Shown here: positions 62,268 through 64,000 of the stretch, in pieces
Layout of the letters: each line of letters begins with the position of its first letter
How positions within the stretch are numbered: the first letter of the stretch is position 1
IMG/VR virus record: IMGVR_UViG_2648501802_000002
Direction: 5' to 3' (one strand)
Length of the DNA: 64,000 bases
DNA from: a virus
Lineage: Duplodnaviria > Heunggongvirae > Uroviricota > Caudoviricetes
The notes under the pieces: generated by a model
Seen by the model: only the letters and a program-made list of their open reading frames with translations
Database searches by the model: none
Told to the model about the DNA's origin: nothing
Program-made: the position numbers and the translations under genes

Positions 62268-62448
62268 AATTACCGCCACTATTGAAAAGGAAGGTGGCAC
62301 TCCTACTAACTGGACAAGGTACTCAAAAACAAAATTAACCAAATCAGAATGCGAAAAAATGCTCTCAGGTAAAAAAGAAGCAGGCGGTTCCAGAGAGCAG
62401 AAAGTAAAACTGATAAATTTTAATTGCGAGAAACTTCAGTCGTCGTGA
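62260..62448 (+). CDS. ydaC: YdaC-like small protein
   Basis: ORF track 62188..62448; start placed at the ATG preceded by GGAGG (MYKITATIEKEGG...), overlapping the ralR stop. Confidence 0.5.
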   Translation: MYKITATIEKEGGTPTNWTRYSKTKLTKSECEKMLSGKKEAGGSREQKVKLINFNCEKLQSS

Positions 62449-62547
62449 ATTGCATTGTATTCAAATTAAAACTTCATAGCTGATTATTAATAATCAACAT
62501 CGGGCGTCAATTTCAGTCTAACATTGGCGCCTGCCAGAGGTGATGCG

Positions 62548-62763
62548 ATGGCACAAGTAATCTTTAATGAAGAGTGGATGGTTGAATACGGCCTGATGCT
62601 TCGCACTGGTCTGGGGGCCAGACAAATTGAAGCATACCGCCAGAACTGTTGGGTGGAAGGCTTCCACTTCAAACGAGTATCTCCTTTAGGGAAGCCAGAC
62701 AGTAAGCGAGGGATTATCTGGTACAACTATCCAAAGATAAATCAGTTTATCAAAGACTCATGA
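62548..62763 (+). CDS. xis: Excisionase (Xis-like, YdaQ)
   Basis: ORF track 62524..62763; start at [21 protein letters not shown]; small basic protein immediately upstream of and abutting int. Confidence 0.7.
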   Translation: MAQVIFNEEWMVEYGLMLRTGLGARQIEAYRQNCWVEGFHFKRVSPLGKPDSKRGIIWYNYPKINQFIKDS

Positions 62764-62764
62764 T

Positions 62765-64000
62765 ATGTCTAAATTACCAACAGGTGTCGAGATTCGAGGT
62801 AAATACATTCGCATCTGGTTCATGTTTCGAGGAAAACGATGTCGGGAAACATTGAAAGGCTGGGAGGTTACTAACAGTAACATTAAAAAGGCCGGGAATT
62901 TAAGAGCGTTGATAGTTCATGAAATCAACTCCGGTGAATTTGAGTATTTAAGACGTTTTCCCCAGTCCAGCACTGGGGCAAAAATGGTGACAACGAGGGT
63001 CATAAAAACGTTCGGGGAGCTTTGTGATATCTGGACAAAAATTAAAGAGACAGAGTTAACAACAAACACAATGAAGAAAACGAAATCACAATTAAAAACA
63101 CTCAGGATAATAATTTGTGAGAGTACACCTATATCACATATTCGTTATAGCGATATCTTAAACTACCGGAATGAACTGCTGCATGGAGAAACGCTTTACC
63201 TGGATAATCCAAGATCCAACAAAAAAGGAAGAACCGTGCGCACAGTTGATAACTATATCGCCCTGCTCTGTTCGTTGTTACGTTTTGCGTATCAGTCGGG
63301 ATTTATATCAACCAAACCATTTGAAGGAGTAAAAAAATTACAGCGAAACAGAATAAAGCCTGATCCGTTATCTAAAACAGAATTCAATGCATTAATGGAA
63401 AGTGAAAAAGGACAGAGCCAGAACTTGTGGAAATTTGCCGTTTACTCCGGGCTTCGTCACGGGGAACTGGCTGCTCTGGCGTGGGAGGATGTGGATTTCG
63501 AGAAGGGAATTGTGAATGTCAGAAGAAACCTGACGATACTTGATATGTTCGGTCCCCCAAAAACAAATGCCGGGATCCGGACGGTAACATTACTACAGCC
63601 AGCTCTTGAAGCACTGAAGGAGCAATACAAACTGACCGGGCATCATCGCAAAAGCGAAATCACTTTTTATCATCGGGAGTACGGCAGAACCGAAAAGCAA
63701 AAACTGCATTTTGTTTTCATGCCCAGGATGTGTAACGGAAAACAGAAACCTTATTACTCGGTAAGCAGTTTGGGTGCGAGATGGAATGCAGCAGTAAAAC
63801 GTGCTGGTATTCGCCGCCGTAATCCGTACCATACGCGACATACTTTTGCCTGCTGGCTGTTGACGGCAGGAGCGAACCCGGCATTTATAGCCAGCCAGAT
63901 GGGGCATGAAACTGCGCAGATGGTGTATGAAATTTACGGTATGTGGATTGATGACATGAACGACGAACAGGTAGCTATGTTGAATGCGCGGTTATCGTAG
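62765..64000 (+). CDS. intR: Tyrosine integrase (Rac IntR-like)
   Basis: ORF track 411 aa; C-terminal catalytic region HTRHTFACWLLTAGANPAFIASQMGHE; ends exactly at the window end, so attachment site and flank are not visible. Confidence 0.9.
   Translation: MSKLPTGVEIRGKYIRIWFMFRGKRCRETLKGWEVTNSNIKKAGNLRALIVHEINSGEFEYLRRFPQSSTGAKMVTTRVIKTFGELCDIWTKIKETELTTNTMKKTKSQLKTLRIIICESTPISHIRYSDILNYRNELLHGETLYLDNPRSNKKGRTVRTVDNYIALLCSLLRFAYQSGFISTKPFEGVKKLQRNRIKPDPLSKTEFNALMESEKGQSQNLWKFAVYSGLRHGELAALAWEDVDFEKGIVNVRRNLTILDMFGPPKTNAGIRTVTLLQPALEALKEQYKLTGHHRKSEITFYHREYGRTEKQKLHFVFMPRMCNGKQKPYYSVSSLGARWNAAVKRAGIRRRNPYHTRHTFACWLLTAGANPAFIASQMGHETAQMVYEIYGMWIDDMNDEQVAMLNARLS

Larger units (their letters stand above)
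16640..64000. mobile_element. Lambdoid (Rac-like) prophage: int/xis, recET, immunity, replication, nin-like region, Q-like, lysis, head and lambda-like tail
   Basis: Co-linear with lambda-type organisation; many products match Rac prophage proteins from memory; late operon on minus strand, early-left operon on plus strand. Confidence 0.75.

Noticed and set aside
1-64000. CRISPR arrays, rRNA genes, IS elements / transposases
   Set aside because: No regularly spaced direct repeats, no rRNA-like sequence and no transposase-like ORF were seen; the mobile character comes from the prophage itself.

Overview
The window is almost entirely phage-derived and reads as two modules joined at about 16.6 kb. 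(1) From about 16.6 to 64.0 kb is a lambdoid prophage whose early region matches the E. coli Rac prophage gene-for-gene, from memory: intR, xis-like, ydaC, ralR, RecT/Redbeta-like annealing protein, recE, racC, ydaE, kilR, sieB, ydaF, ydaG, racR, ydaS, ydaT, ydaU/ydaV replication genes, S21-type pinholin / SAR endolysin / Rz-Rz1, and trkG. Unlike the K-12 remnant it carries a full late region on the minus strand: terminase, portal, capsid, lambda-like tail genes G/GT, H, M, L, K, I, J, and lom. (2) From 1 to about 16.6 kb is a block that by gene order and size resembles phage P1 (myovirus): a Sit-like 1142-aa transglycosylase, baseplate genes, tail fibre and Tfa, then a dar-like antirestriction operon in which the 203-aa and 639-aa proteins share a domain. 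The lambda-type stf gene is truncated at the junction. Accessory content: the strongest candidate for an undescribed system is a low-GC island at 46.4-50.3 kb holding a MORC/MutL-like GHKL ATPase translationally coupled to a 329-aa unknown protein, convergent with a Dcm-type C5 methyltransferase. Other accessory features are a roughly 470-nt GC-rich ORF-free segment with a group II intron-like 5' end placed just 3' of a perfect hairpin, a hexapeptide acetyltransferase moron, a pair of paralogous lipoproteins between the Q-like gene and the lysis cassette, and a full-length ParB-like gene with an unknown partner. Several tail genes carry frameshifts (tail fibre at A7, K at C5, lom, stf), so the prophage is either defective or the assembly has homopolymer errors. 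All calls are from reading the sequence and memory of protein families; no searches were run. Hand-derived coordinates may be off by 1-2 bp.
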